This document shows, one piece after another, positions 26,961 through 40,834 of a stretch of DNA of 64,000 nt. The stretch comes from Takakia lepidozioides. Lineage: Eukaryota > Plantae > Bryophyta. How positions within the stretch are numbered: position 1 is the first letter of the stretch; every line of letters begins with the position of its first letter. The notes beneath the pieces were generated by a model that was not told the DNA's origin, made no database searches, and saw only the letters and a list, made by a program, of their open reading frames with translations. The position numbers were made by a program, and so were the translations under genes. The stretch spans positions 71,238,001 to 71,302,000 of the forward strand of contig CM060732.1 of the NCBI GenBank assembly GCA_030704615.1, given 5' to 3'.

Positions 26961-28184
26961 TAAAACACTGGCGGAGAGATGCAAGTCAATGGAGAAAATA
27001 TGGTCAAAGTACCTTACACCGTGTCAAGGCGCTGATTGGTGTGGTGTGCTGAGTCATGCTCCCTAGTCTTACCTTCCTCTTATGTTGTGCCAAAGCAAAG
27101 CAAGAGAGCCAATTGCCATTTGAGGCTTGTTTTATTATTTATTATTTTCTCCCTAGGAAACCCGAGCTGTCCTTTTTTTCTTTTTTTTTGTAGAATAGAA
27201 ATTTGCTGTTATATTCCTTTCGCTGCAATGCAGACAGAGTTACACAGACCAAAGTCTTTGGTCATTTGACTAAATCGATAGTCAAGAAGCATCCTAAAGT
27301 AGCATGAGCACCATCAATACGCACCTAAACTGAAGCCTCGGAGAACTATCAGAAAACTAATTAGAAATTTGCCAGAGGCTGTCATTCAGAAAGTCTTAAT
27401 CTCAAACAATTGCTGCTCAAGTTGGTACAACGCCAGTGTCACTAAGCACATAGAAATCCTCAAAGTGCTGGAATCTTCTTGTAGGGCTCCACAGTACTTT
27501 AATCGTTTAAGTCTGTATTAGTTCGCCAGTCTTGGGACCTCACACTCTGACCACCGTTAAGTACGGCTCTCTGTAAGAGATTCTAATTTGCCGTGCAAGA
27601 ATTGCTCCAAGAGATCAGGGTTGCAAGAGATGCGCACGCCTCTCTGTGCCCACGTAGACCGCCACGCAACCCTTTGGCACGTGAGAAGCATGAGATTTTG
27701 TCACAAATTTAATGATAGAGCTGACCCCGGTGGGTTTAAACAGAGGTGAAGCAGCCTCTTGGCGGGTTTGAGACATGAGAATTTGTCACAGATTTGATCA
27801 GGCTTCGCTGCTTCATAGAGTTGACCCCGGTGGGTAAATTGAAACAGTGGTGAAACAGCCCCTTGGCACCGCCTGTGGGTATGAGAAACAAGATCGTGGA
27901 GCAAATGGTGAAATAAATCAGACAGTCTAGAGCACGAAAGTGAAGATCAAAAAGTTTATAAGTGAAGAATCTAGCAAGTGATCAGAGTATGTAAGAGTAG
28001 GCAAGTAACACTTGAAGAACGTTCTTCAAGTGAAGCGCACTTATTATTATATAGTCCGAGGCTAAGAGCTTAGTTTCTACTTTCTTCTTTTTTTAGCTTT
28101 ACTTTTTAAGCGAATACTTTTTCTTTTTCTTTTTACTGTCCATTTACTGTGATGATTTTTATTTTTTATTTTTTATTTTTTCAA

Positions 28185-28398
28185 AAGGGAAACACCTGGG
28201 AGCGACAGCTCACAAATCAGGCCCCTTAATAGTGAGAGGAAGAAAATAACCTCTTTCACAGTAACCCGCCATGAGGCGTAGGAATGGGGCACCACCCAGG
28301 AACCATACCACACCCGTCAGTAGCAAGATTTGACCCCAGAATCATCTAGGTAACACTCATACACTCAGTGCACTTAACCAACTGAGCTACTAACTGTT
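28185..28398 (-). mobile_element. tRNA-derived SINE, family B
   Basis: Reverse complement of 45356-45575; A box TAGCTCAGTTGG; T-rich flank (A-rich tail on minus). Confidence 0.75.
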
Positions 28399-28875
28399 GT
28401 TAATTTTTTTTTTTAAACAAAAAAACAAAAAAACTGTGATGATTGACCTCCATTCCCGCTTTTTCGCCCAAGGAAACAAAGGCCCCAGCAACTCGGCCTT
28501 GAGGGGAACATTACCCTTTTTTTTCTTTTTTTTTTGGGTGAAAGGGGATGGAGCCCTTGTTAGTTTTATTAATAATTATTCAACAACAAAAAGCATAATT
28601 ATTGAAGGGAAAAAAATGAAAACCCTTACATGCCCCAATGCTGCCATGCGGCCTAGCACCCTTTTTCTTTTTTCTTTTTTTTAGCACCTATTGTGTTAAC
28701 AAATTAAAATTAAAATCACAAAACATAAAATAAAGCGACACCCAAAACTCATCCATCATCTCATCCATCATCCATGACATGTAGGGTGGTGAGAAATGTA
28801 GTCTACGACACGTTACACATAGCTAGGATGGTAAATGAATAAACGGAGTAAGTAAGAGAAAAGAAAAAGATAAGA

Positions 28876-29012
28876 TAAAGTTTCTTTAACGTCCAGTGAA
28901 TTTACAGAGCCTACTGCTCAATTTCACACAGGCCATCGAGGGCCCAATGGACGGTCTGAAGGCACATGTTGGAGGTTTGAACCCAGGATCACCTGGGTTA
29001 TGCACAGGCAAG
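28876..29012 (-). mobile_element. SINE family A, 5'-truncated copy
   Basis: Near-identical to 5076-5210. Confidence 0.7.
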
Positions 29013-29282
29013 GAAAGGCTTATCGTGTTTACGGGCTGCGACCAGGAGGTACACTTGGCGATGGCGCTTCTCGCAGCGCGGCAGCCGTGGTGCCGCTGGA
29101 CCTCTGTGTGTGTGCGCCTGCCTGCGGATGGTGGCCCGTCCAAGCGGAGGATTGCTGGTGTGGAAGCGACGGCATTGCAGAGGGTGATGGGCCTAGTGTG
29201 ATGTGGGACGGAGTAGATATTACACACCCAATTGTGGAGCTGATTAGGTTAGTGCATTCCTTGAGGTGCAGGAAAGCCATGC

Positions 29283-31740
29283 ATGGCCATAGTCACAGGA
29301 GACCGCTATCTGGATCTGCTGGCTCGATTCGTCGAGCAGCAGGCAGCGGCGCTGCTGGATGGAGGGCTGGTACTCAAGCTCAATCCTGTGGGATTGCACT
29401 ATGTGCAGACACGGTTGGAGGCCTTGCAAGAGCTGGAGCAGCTGCGTAATGGTGCCCCCGTGGACTACCTGCGAGCATATGTTGCAGACTTGGGGGACCA
29501 CCGCGCCCTGGAACAGTTGCGGTCTGTGCTGCGCCTGCTCGGCTCGCTGCAGGTGGTGGCCGTGCTGCCTTTTCCCGCTCGGGACCCTACTCCCACCACG
29601 CTCCTTCCTTTTGCGCGGTTGCGTTCTCTGGAGCTTCGCGGCTGTGACCTCTCCACCTCCGCTGCTCGGGGCCTTCTTGAACTGCGGCCAATTCTGGAGA
29701 AGCTCATTTGCTACAATTCGGCAGTTAAGCTCTTCTCCGAGAAATTGAATGCTGTCGTAGCCTATGCGCTTCGGTCACTGTTGGTTTGTTTTGCATTTTC
29801 CAATTTTGTTATTGGACTGGGGATGGAAGTGTTCAAGTTTTTCGGGTTTTGAAGTGAGAACGGACAAGGAGGGGTGCAGGATGCATTGAGGCATATATTT
29901 GCGGAGCGAACAGTGGAGATAAAAGATGCAAAAGTGTGGAGCAAGCTGGCTGCCGTAGCATGTGTTTGCAATGGGATGCTCCTTATGGATGACTCGTTGC
30001 ACCTACTTCCGGCTGTTGAAGCGTTGGATCTGAGCAGGAATAGGTTTGCCAAAGTGGCTAATCTTGAGAAATGCACGAGGCTTAAGTTTATTGACTTGGG
30101 GTTTAACCATATTACGAGCTTGGCCTCATTGAATCAGGTGCCTACTGTTTTCATCCACTGTGTTACAGGATTGGGGTGTTTGCATATGAACACACCTAAC
30201 ATGGAGTGGTGGCTCATGCAGGTAGTGGATAAAGTTACCAAGCTGATTCTCAGGAATAATGCGTTGGCAACAACAAGGGGACTTGAGAAATTGTATTCTT
30301 TAGAAGCCCTTGACCTTTCACACAACATCATTTCTAGCTTCCATGATGTGGAGTTGCTAGGCAGTCTGCCTGTACTGCATTCATTGTGGCTGGAAGGAAA
30401 TCCTGTCAGTCTCAGCTGTTACTACCGAGAAGAAACCTTCAGCTTCTTCACTGACCCCACTAAGGTAGGCATATCTTCCTTCTGGACTGCCTTCTTTGCT
30501 GAATCAACAGTGCTGAATTTTTACTGAATGGTCTTCTCGCATGGCAAACTTATTGTGGCCTGCTTGTGTCTGCAGCTGATCCTGGATGGAAAGCGGATGA
30601 TGAAGCTGGAAAGCTGGATTGTAAGCAGAATTGTTACCCGGCGGCTCAAGCAACTGTCTGGATATGGTGTCTATGTCCCTGCCAAGAGCACGGGGACACC
30701 TTCTGATGAGGCTGGCCAACCAGCGAGAGCTACAGTTATCCAACATACTGCAGGACCTAGGGTAAATGCAATTTATCCTTGTGGCAATGCTGGTATGTAT
30801 GAATAAATGGCATTTGACAAACATACCCTCTACTTTTGAGTGAATTCCTGGTTGCCTTATATTCATATGGGAAACCTATGGATATGTGAACTACTGTAAT
30901 CTGGAAACAATGTAAACTCATTTCCTTGAGAGTTGTGATCAGGATGTGATTATATGTATTCATTGTAAGCTGATAGAAGACTCTTTGTATGATTGGCAGA
31001 GAAAGAGCTCGCGGCTTGCAGCAATTGATGATACAGGCGGTGATAAATCAACTGGGGCAGTAGAGAGTGCACAGCAGAGTTCACAGGTGCCTGTGGCAGA
31101 TAGTGAGACTGCTCTGCCAGGAATTCCTGAGGTGAAGGAACTATTGGAACCAGAGATGGTTCAGCTGATCGAAAGAATTGAAACCATCAAGAGGGAGGGA
31201 TCAAGTTCATGGTTAAATGATCTTGTTGAGTTGATGGAAAGTAATGGCCGGGGACCAACAAGTGCAAACAAGATTGAGTTTCACAGTGTTAGAGAGAATG
31301 TTTCCAGCCAGAGAAAGCAGCTGCATTCATTGAAGAGGAGGAGACGGAGGAAGGAAGAGACCAGAAGGTTTCCACTCAATGTTGAAGGTCATGAAGACAA
31401 CGGACAAGCCGGAGATATGCAGGAGAGTGTAAGAGTAAGCGGGGCAGGGTACAACGGAGTGGGGGATGAGGAGGGAAGTGCGAATTCTTGGAAGGCACAA
31501 GAGGAGCGATTGGATGACCAACCAGTATCACCACCGCATTTTGACAGTGCACTCTTGCACCGGCGCCAGAGCTTGGTAGCTGAGCTGTTGCAACTTCCCC
31601 TGGACTCATGGTCATCTTCTAGTGACAGCGACTCCCAGACTGAATCCAGTGCTCTCATCTCTGACAGCAGTAGCAGTGCTTGTGCCAGCCCTTCCCCTGC
31701 TGAGGCCACGGTGGACTCTATTATCTCCAACATAGAATGA
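29283..31740 (+). CDS. Leucine-rich-repeat protein, plant STK11IP/LIP1-like family; approx. exons 29283-29723, 29880-30137, 30222-30464, 30575-30761, 31000-31740 (3' end uncertain)
   Basis: Conserved N-terminus MAIVTGDRYL...LKLNPVGLHYVQ.RLEAL.ELE...GAPVDYLRAYV.DLGDHRALEQLR...RDPTP...LELRGCDLSTS; LRRs LDLSRNRF, LDLSHNII, LWLEGNP; SPPHF motif. Confidence 0.85.
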
Positions 31741-33515
31741 AGGTTCAAATGAGCAAATCTGTCAGTGCCAGGATCAGTTATTGCATGTGAAAGTAACTCA
31801 ACCATTCACTTAGAAGCCCAAGGCACCATGTACAAATTGCCACTTAATTGTTTCTGCCTGCAAGAGTCAAGATAGAGTCCCGCCAGATCTATCTGTCTCT
31901 CTCCTCCATTTTCAAAAACAATAGGACCATGGATTACCTTCCAGCTGAGGGATCTGTTGACAAGGCTCTGCCAAGACAGCAAGCACTGAATCGCTTGTCT
32001 GTGAAGCCACCAAGCTGTTAATGGATGACATGGACAAGTTCACAAAGCCTACGAATGTCTGGAAACTTATGCCTGTATGAAAATTCTACAGAGCTATCGA
32101 CATGAGCAGTGTTATTTACCCATTTTCTCAAGGTCCTTGGTCCCACCCTGTTGTTGTATATACAGACCCACTACTGGAGTGAGTGAGACACAAAAAGGAA
32201 GTGTCTGCTCCCCCAAACTCGGCTCAGATCTATGGCCACATGGCTACAGCAAACAACGGCTAATGCCTCGTGAGTGGAAAGAAAGATAGAAGGACTCCTC
32301 CACAAATAAGTGTAAATTATGGTGTCTCTTCATCCCAAAGGGTGTTTGTGCCTTTCGTTGGAAGGTTGACACTTTGAACCCAAGATCACCCAGAGGCAAG
32401 GCACAAACACCCAACCAGTGGGTGGAGTAGATTCTCTCTCAAGATGGTAGCATAGCTGCAGGTTTTTCTTTTGTTTTTATGTCGCTCTGGGAATGGGGGT
32501 GACCCCTGAATCCAAAGAAGGGAACGAAATTCGGTGTTCAGTGCATTCCTAAGTTTGCCAACCCTGAAGAGGAAGAGGAAGAGGAAGAGGTGCCTGCCTA
32601 AATCAGACAAAGTCCAGTTCTCTGAAAGGAATTTATGCTGGATGTTATGAGTTATGACACAGTATAATAGAAGAGGTGGTTGGGTTCCATACTTCAATAG
32701 TGACAGATTATTATGGGGCGTCCACAGTCCACTTTGAGCAAAAACCCAAATGAACCACATGAGAAGATTCAACCACCAATTGATTCAGTTCTCTGGTTTT
32801 TGAAGAGCTTGGATTGCAAACCTCTTATTAGGGGGGTCAGTTTTTCTTTAGAGAGAACACTGTCAGAGGTGCAGGCAGTCTAACAACTAGAAGCACGCAG
32901 TCTTGTTTTCCCCTCCCCTTAGGTGAGTTGCAAGTGGGGCATGAAGACAACTAGGTAGAAATACAGGCGATTATAAGCCAGCCCCTAAAGCAGACCTCTG
33001 TACAAAAACACAATTTCCCCCCTCTACAGCTGAAAGGCACTGCACAATGGAACGGGGGTGAGTGGAGAGGTGCTAGGTCCTGGCCAAGACTTTCGAATCA
33101 ATTCACTAGCAATGTCAACAATCAAAGAATCCACCTAGTCAATCTCTGTGAAACCTCTATTTTCCTGATTCAGGGTTAACCAACGACCCTCATTGTCCAT
33201 TAGATGCTGTTAATGATGCACCTAAAATGTTTAAAATGTTGCTACATCCATCAGCATTCAAGGGAAAATTTTCTCGACGGACAATGACCAGCATTTTAAC
33301 CCAAGGCAATAATCTAGCAATGACTGTTTTAAGTGGTCCTTGTTGGGATATGCTAAGTGTGGATCTGATCAAACTTGGGCAAGTAACTGCTGTGCTCTTA
33401 AAATGCCCCCATTTTATCTAGCCTCAAAATGTGAGAAAGTCATCTTCACCTTTGGTAAGGTTCTGACGGTAAGTACTCAGTTATTACTCAGTTATTACTC
33501 AGTTAGTTACCATTC

Positions 33516-36500
33516 TCAAGACTGACGAAGGGCATACACATCAATTCGCATGTCATCCCCTGCAGCATACAAAAGGTTCCGGGCATTGGCCCACTTCAAA
33601 TCATGATATCTCCCAATGCGTCGACCATCTTTGAATGGCTCGACCACATGAGCTGTTGGCCTCGCGTTAGCAAAGTCCACCAGATAGAGGCCCCGCAAAG
33701 TACTAACTGCTGCTGTGCTGGCCCCGCCCCCCAAAGCAACCTTCAGCACTGCACTATCGTCCAGCTGCAATGATGACACTGGTGCACTTCCTCCCTGTCC
33801 CGCCCCCACCACGAAAATGAAGAATAGTCCAATCTTTCAGGAGAGCTAAACAACCTTTGATTTCAGAGATTGAATGGAAAGGCATAACTACTGACACAAG
33901 AGCCTTGAATGATAGGACTGCATGGGGTTTTGGGTAGAGCCAGATTGGCTTATACCTGATTAGCCAAAGAACGGAAGTCCCAGCGAAGAACACGCGTGTC
34001 CATACCAGCAGAGAGTATGAGATTTGAGTCATTGGCATCCAAACATGTAATCATTGCATCATGTGCCTGCAGTCGCCCACTCTTTGCCACACTTCCAAAC
34101 ATACCTGCATCCACCCCAGCTCATCGCTAGTTACTTCTAGTTGGCAGTACAATTCTCATCTCTTCCAAAGAGCATTCTCTTTACAAAAAATTCTTGTATA
34201 GCACCAATGATCTGAGTTCATGCACTCACCAACACAGCGGTCGACACGGCGATCCCACACGCGGACAGTGAAATCCCGTGAGCCAGACATGAAAAGGTTG
34301 TGATTTGGTGGAAACAATGACACACAAGTTATCAAATCCTGCAACAGGCCTCACAGCACCATGCAAATCCCACTCATTCCAAGCTTGAAATCATGAAACT
34401 CAAAGCCAAAAAGAGAAGTGGGTTTCTTTCTAAAATCTCAGAAATGCAATAAATAGAAACAACAGATGGATAATGACCGGCAGGCAGAAGAACAGGTGAA
34501 GATAAGTATGGCTAAAAACCACCTGCACAGCTTACCTCATGCTCTGCATACTGCCGCACAGGCTGCAATGTGTTGAAGGAGGAGGCTGCTTGGATATCAT
34601 AATAGCACACTCGCTCATCCAGCCGTGGTCCACCCCTGTGAACAGCATGTGTGCTTAGATTCCATCGTCACAACAAGTTGATGGACCTCATGAATGCTTC
34701 AGTGTAGTAACTCAAGCCTGACATGCTGCTTACCCCTCAGTCGCTGCTGTATGCACAGTCTCCCCAGTAACAAATGCATGCTCCACTCCTCCCATTGCCT
34801 TCAAAGACCACAAAAGTGAGATAACCTTCTGGCAAAACCCCTCACCACAAATATCACGTGGAAGTGATAGCACCTAATTCCATGTCCTTAGTGCACAAAA
34901 GAATATGATACACAGGTGAGGTCACTTAGAGTGTTGTTGCAAACACATTGCTGACATACTGAGGACCGGCCGAAAAGACAACTGTACCCAGAATAGATTG
35001 TACCCAGTGATTTTTTTTTCATTTTTCCAAAATCGCAGGCGGGGCCACCTGTGAATTCTACCCAGTGCCCATGTGGCGAGAATAACGAGGTGACAGGGTT
35101 AGAAAAGTGGCTATATTCCAGGTGGCACGTAACTGGTCCAAGTTGGCAAAATTAGGCTCCTGATTTTCATCTGCTGGTTCTTTTTGGCGAAAATCTCGGA
35201 TTTTACCCCCCATAATTCCTTTGCACAAGTAGCTGACCGATTTCCAGGTCGAAATCTGGCAATTTTTTGCCAGAAAACAATCCACTGGTCATACCTTGAT
35301 GCAGGAAACTAACTTAGAGGAGTCCTTAGAAAGAATGCCCTGCTCCTTCCACCCGCGACCTGCAGCTCCATACTGCAAAATACACGGTGGGGGTAGCATT
35401 CGGTTCCCTCCTTGCCCAGCAGCCTCCTCCTGCACACTCCAACAGGTGCCTCAGATGAAATCCGGCGTAACTGGCTTTATTATAAACAAAACTGTTGTTT
35501 GGTAACACTGTCCTTTTAATGTTGAAAAGAAAAAGGAGGCTTTCTATCTGTGTGAGCAGTGAATTCACCAAGGCCTCACAAAGTTCACTGTAGGATACAT
35601 TTTTAAACAGTCATCAGAGTTGCAACCTACCTTGGCAACACCACAGACGAGCAAAGTTTGGTGGGAAGAATGGATGTCCATTGAGCAAGCATAGTGACGA
35701 GCCATGTCCACTGTCTCTAAGACCTGCAATGGCATCAAAGTTCAGCCATAGAGCAGATTGAAGAGCAAGCCAAATGAAACAAATGCAAGAAGCAAGAGTC
35801 AGAGCAAACTACACACATCACCTGTCCATCTGGTGTCCATACAATCAGAGTGCCATCCTTGCCTCCACTTATTAGCTGATTGCGTTTATCATCTGCCACA
35901 TGCTCAGAGAACGGCAAGATTCAGAAAGAAAGCTCTCACACACAATAGAAACAGAAGGGCAAAGGAGGAGTAAAGAAAGAGAGGGTTTCCAAAAACCTTC
36001 ATTCCAGAGCAGAATTGCTAAACTAGGATGCAAAAGACATGACTGACAAATACAATCTGGGTTGGTAGCTAGGCAGTCCAACACAGGCAGACAATCGATG
36101 GTGAATGAAGATGGGAGGTCAAGCACATAGAGCAAGCCATGAATGAAAGTCAGTCTTAAATTGAATTTGCTGTCTGTTGATGGAGCACTGGCACTCAAAG
36201 ACAGCAACAAGAGCATGCAATGAATCCTGCAGACGAGCTGATAGGGAAAGGGATGCAAAAAGCCAACCATAAGACATGGCAAATATGGTGTTTCGATGGC
36301 CCACATATGATTCCACTGCATGCAAACCTGCAACAATTTCAACACTCATTTTAAAAGATGTTACTGTCAGCCACAACATCACCTCAAGAGATACTCCCCT
36401 CTGTCCAACAAGTCAAGCGTGTTAAGCAAAGTAGGGGTTACTCTATATAAACCAAACAAGGGTTCCCATACTTTGAGAAAGAGGTAGGTATAGGACAGGA

Positions 36501-36726
36501 TTAAGGACTGGAGGAAATAACGACTGCCACATATCATGTCATGGAGTCAAAGTTTGTTAAGATCTTGCAAACACACCAGAGAAAGCAGGCGAAGCATCCA
36601 GTTGCAGTCCCTTGCTGGAATCAGCTTGAGTTGACATTGTGGCAGAGCTAGGCAGCTCATGTGAAACTTGCAATGGGCGACTCCATCCCATGCTCTCTTC
36701 AATATAGTTAATATCATACCTGTCAT
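33516..36726 (-). CDS. WD40-repeat protein, many short exons (internal boundaries approximate)
   Basis: GHRNTIFAM, LISGGKDGTLIVW, FMSGSRDFTVRVWD, AHDAMITCL...SAGMDTRVLRWDFR, LYAAGDDMRIDVY; proposed start ATGACAG|gt at 36726 is in phase with the GLHAVE exon. Confidence 0.8.
35004..35288 (-). mobile_element. hAT-like MITE (copy 2), in a WD40 intron
   Basis: CCAGTG...CACTGG termini; homologous to 26467-26760; flanks attgtacc / gtcatacc may be a decayed 8-bp TSD. Confidence 0.7.
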
Positions 36727-38779
36727 CAGTATTCATTAGCTGTGCAGTCCAACCAGCAGGAAAGTAAGCAAATTATCACAAAAAGGGCAGCATTTTGAGG
36801 TAGACAACTTACTGGAATGCATCCTCGGTGACATTTTGCAGTGCAGCATTGAGGTCCCCAAGTGTACTTGGATCACACTTCTCAGTCAGCTGCGACACAT
36901 TGGGCAGCCCAAGGTCAATCACACAAATCCCTGTCCCACAATGCAAGGGTCAAAGAATTTCAGGGCATGCCATGCCACCACACAGCATTGGCACAACTGG
37001 TTGACTTGGGAACACTGCAGGATGTAGGGTTTAGAGTACAATAAGGGTAGTTAGAATAGTGACTTTGAACGATAACTTCAAACATGATAACCCCTCATTC
37101 TTCGGAAGAAGAAAGCCATGCATAAGTACTTAGGTGATAGCAAGTTCAAGCATCTCTGACATGTGCCCAGTGGATGGGAGGAGCTCCAATTATACTCAGA
37201 TCTCTTTGCAGGACCCAGTGTTAGCTCTTTGTGAATGCCCGAACCGACATGCAAGAGTTTATCTCCATTGGCCTCCATGAGGATGATCAACCGGATCCAT
37301 AGCAACACCCCGAACGATGGGGCGTCTGCCTAGCCACCGCCTTTGTCCCGCTTTGTCTTGCCACCAAATACAAAACCAGCAACTTTGAAAAAATTCTTTT
37401 GGGAGACCGGTAATTTCTTTACAGCTCACACTCATACACAGACCACAGCAGAAATTATAATACCTGCTGCAAACACAGTTCTACAGTTTTCCCCAACATT
37501 GTCACTGCAGCACACCTTGTCTCTGGTTTGCGCAGCAACGTGATTATAGTACTAATCGCCCCTGTAAACACCACATCCCCATCATTCAGTCAGCAACCTC
37601 CCCTTCCAATCTCCACTGGAACCACTGTAAAGTGTGTCTAATTTACAAAAAGTGTCAGGAAAAGAGACGAAAGGAGGTGCATACCAGTGATTGAAACAAA
37701 TTCAAGGTTAACAAGCGCTGCAAATGCTTCCGCATGAGCAAAAAAGTCCATACGGCTTGCCTCCACTGGTCGTTTCACCGTCAAGTGCTTCAACACCTTC
37801 AAATTCAACATTGCCGATCAGATATCTAGACTCTACTACACCAATCAACCCCTGCACTCAAAAGATTTCCAGGAGGATGTGACTGCTTGCATGCAGATGA
37901 TAGATGGACTTTTGGGTATTAAAAGCCTTTGAGTTCACAATGAATTTGATCAACCAAAAAATGGCACTGGTGCAAGGGACTCAATACACTCCAGAGGTGT
38001 GTTGACACCTTTGGGATTAGAAAATCACGCATCTTGGTCTTTGCTGGCTCCGGAAGCCTGAAGTCAGCACAACCAAAGGCCCCAGAGATTAGAAAACATG
38101 GTGCCCCTGCATAGCATATTCCACTCATTTACTTCAAGGAGTCCCCCAGTACCCTGCTGCATGCACAAACATTAGCATTGCAGCAGTTGGAAACCTCTGC
38201 AGAGAGCATGATGTACCTCACACTCCCAAATCCTGAATTTAGTACAACCAAGGATTGCACAAATCAGAAAACTTACGGGCTGCTACCACATTCCACAACA
38301 GGAACATTTGGGCTCCTTACTTCAAGCAGTCCCCCATGAACAAGCATCACAATTCCATCACTGTAAAGCCTCCAGATAGAGCCTGATGCAACACTCACAC
38401 CAGAGACACACAGATACACATTTGTAATTTTGGCTGAAGGCCCTATACGTAATAGGGCTGACCTAGGGAGAAGATACATGAATGGCACCACGCTCTGCTG
38501 ACGTAGCACTAAGTCGTGGTTGAAGACCACGGCCACAAAGGCTGCCTGTAACTCTTCCCATACCTGCCACCCACTTCCCCCATTTCTGGTTCTCACTCCT
38601 GAAAAAAATGCATGTAAGCTGTCAATGCCAGCACACGTTCATGTAGCTGCAGATTGCCACTGTACAGTGCAGTACCTTTATTCCTCAGATCCACACCCCA
38701 TATCCACCACCTTAACTAAATACTTTGCTTGCACAACCTATCCATGCATCTGAGGAGCTGTACGACTGTCCCCCACTCT

Positions 38780-40480
38780 CACCCTGCAACCAACTCAATC
38801 CAAGGCAGCTTGTGTGCCATGTCGTAGTCAAGGGCACGTTTCCAGAGAGACACAGTTTCCCCATCTTTGATCACATACACTGCAGGTTTGATGCGAAGGA
38901 CCCAAAATGGACACATTATATTCCCAAATACACGATGAAGGCAATTGCAGATGGAAAGTTTGAAAATTGTAGAATGTTTTTTTAAGCACCCACAATGAAA
39001 GTGTTGAAATGCTTCTTTTCCTTTGAAAGGTTTAGTCTGGTTCAGCATATGAATAAAGTAAAGGTGGTCTACTTGTCTAAACAACCCCAAAACTCTCACT
39101 AACCGTGTCAGATGTGCTGTCACTGAGGAGGGTTGCAATTTCTGCTGCCACTCTATCCAGCTGGGAGCCATCCTCCAGCCGCGATATCAGTGCCTGGAAC
39201 AGCTTCCCCGTATCCCGTGTTTTCACATGATCTGTCAATGCCCTGATAATGTCTCCACAAAACACGATATCAGGGACTTGATACACGACGTATCTTGACA
39301 AGCACCCAGACTCATTTGAGACCTTGCCGCTGTCCGATTGCAATGCCGGCAGTGTCATTCTCAAATAGTGAACCTACTCTATCAGCTGCGTACTTCCATA
39401 ATCGTCAGTCCATCAACAAACTCCAACTTTCCCTTCAACCAAACCAATATTCTCCAACAATTTAAAACACACACACAGAGATTCGACCCACAAAAGTTTT
39501 GACTCAGAATGCCTGTGAAATATATCACAATGCAACCCACAAATGCCTGAAAAAGAAAAGGCAACGGCATCCTCTAATCTCCGTGAAATATCCGAGGATG
39601 AAAAAGAGGAGGCACATGATACGTCTCTACATTGCATGAGACCAGTAATCAACCCTACACTTGGCATTCTTCCGCAAGACGAGAAATCTACCAACCCGCA
39701 TCACATGGAACAAATCTCACATTCAGAAAGATAAAGAGAACGGCGGACCTTAAAGTGCGAAAGAGCTCAGTTGCTAATGGGATCTCATCCGGGCTGAGAT
39801 CTACTTCTATGAAAAGCTTCATCAAATTTCGTCCTGCCTGGTCGCCAACGCACCTGCTCCCCTCAATGCAAACCTCAGAAGCTCCCTGCGTTTGTTGCGC
39901 CTTGGCAGCCCTGCGGCCATATACTCCAAGTAGCAAGCCCATCGTCAGCTCATTTCTTTTATGTATAGGAGAATCTTGTGGCTCGTCAGTTTGTTAACGG
40001 AACTTTGCATGGAAGGGTCCATGTCCTGCGTTTTCTCTATCTGAAGAACGACCATACAATTCCCTCTTCACACCGAACTACTGCTCATTTGTGCAACGAC
40101 AAACTGCGTTTGTTGAATCATCGTTGTCGCTTGCTTCAACCAAGGATTCTCTGTATTATTTGCTGAGCTTCTCCAATACAGATCTTCTTGTTGTAATAGA
40201 GAGAGTGGCAAGCCACACTGACTGTGAAAGGAGAATGGCATGCAGGCAACACCATAACGTGTTTCTGAAATAGACTCCTCCTCATCTCATGACAATTAGA
40301 GCACTAGTGAACAGCAACCAGGAAGTATCTACTGTCAATATACACTTCAAACTTCCTCTCAACGAGCTGGGAAGTCCCACTGTCCTCTTGGAGACAGTAG
40401 GTGTTATTCCATTATAACTGTAAAAATCTACCCTCACATGGAGAACAATGTTGCTTAAACCCAAGATTGATAAATTCTAA
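38780..40480 (-). pseudogene. Possible decayed coding sequence (helical-repeat or P-class PPR-like?)
   Basis: Chain of short minus-strand ORFs with protein-like composition broken by stops; no diagnostic motif recognised. Confidence 0.25.
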
Positions 40481-40834
40481 AGCCTCTCCACTTTCGAGGT
40501 AAGGTAGAGGGATGGGTTTTAAGGTTTATATGCAGAGACTGGATGCTAAATACCCCCTCAGAGTACAAAGTATCCCTCAATCTTTTAGGGATCTCCTTTT
40601 GTCAACCTTTTTCGGTGCAAAACTATTGACCTCCAGGCTACAAACTTGTTTTCATTCTTGCTGTCCCCTGCAATCTGTCATCAAGTCCAACAAGCGTTCT
40701 GTGATTTAACCCCTGTTTCACGTCTAACATTTGAACCACAACCATCACCATAGGCAGCTTGGCAAAGTTATGAACCTTCCCCATCCACCCCCACCTTTAG
40801 TGTGATGCACTTCAATTCATGCACATTCCTTCTT

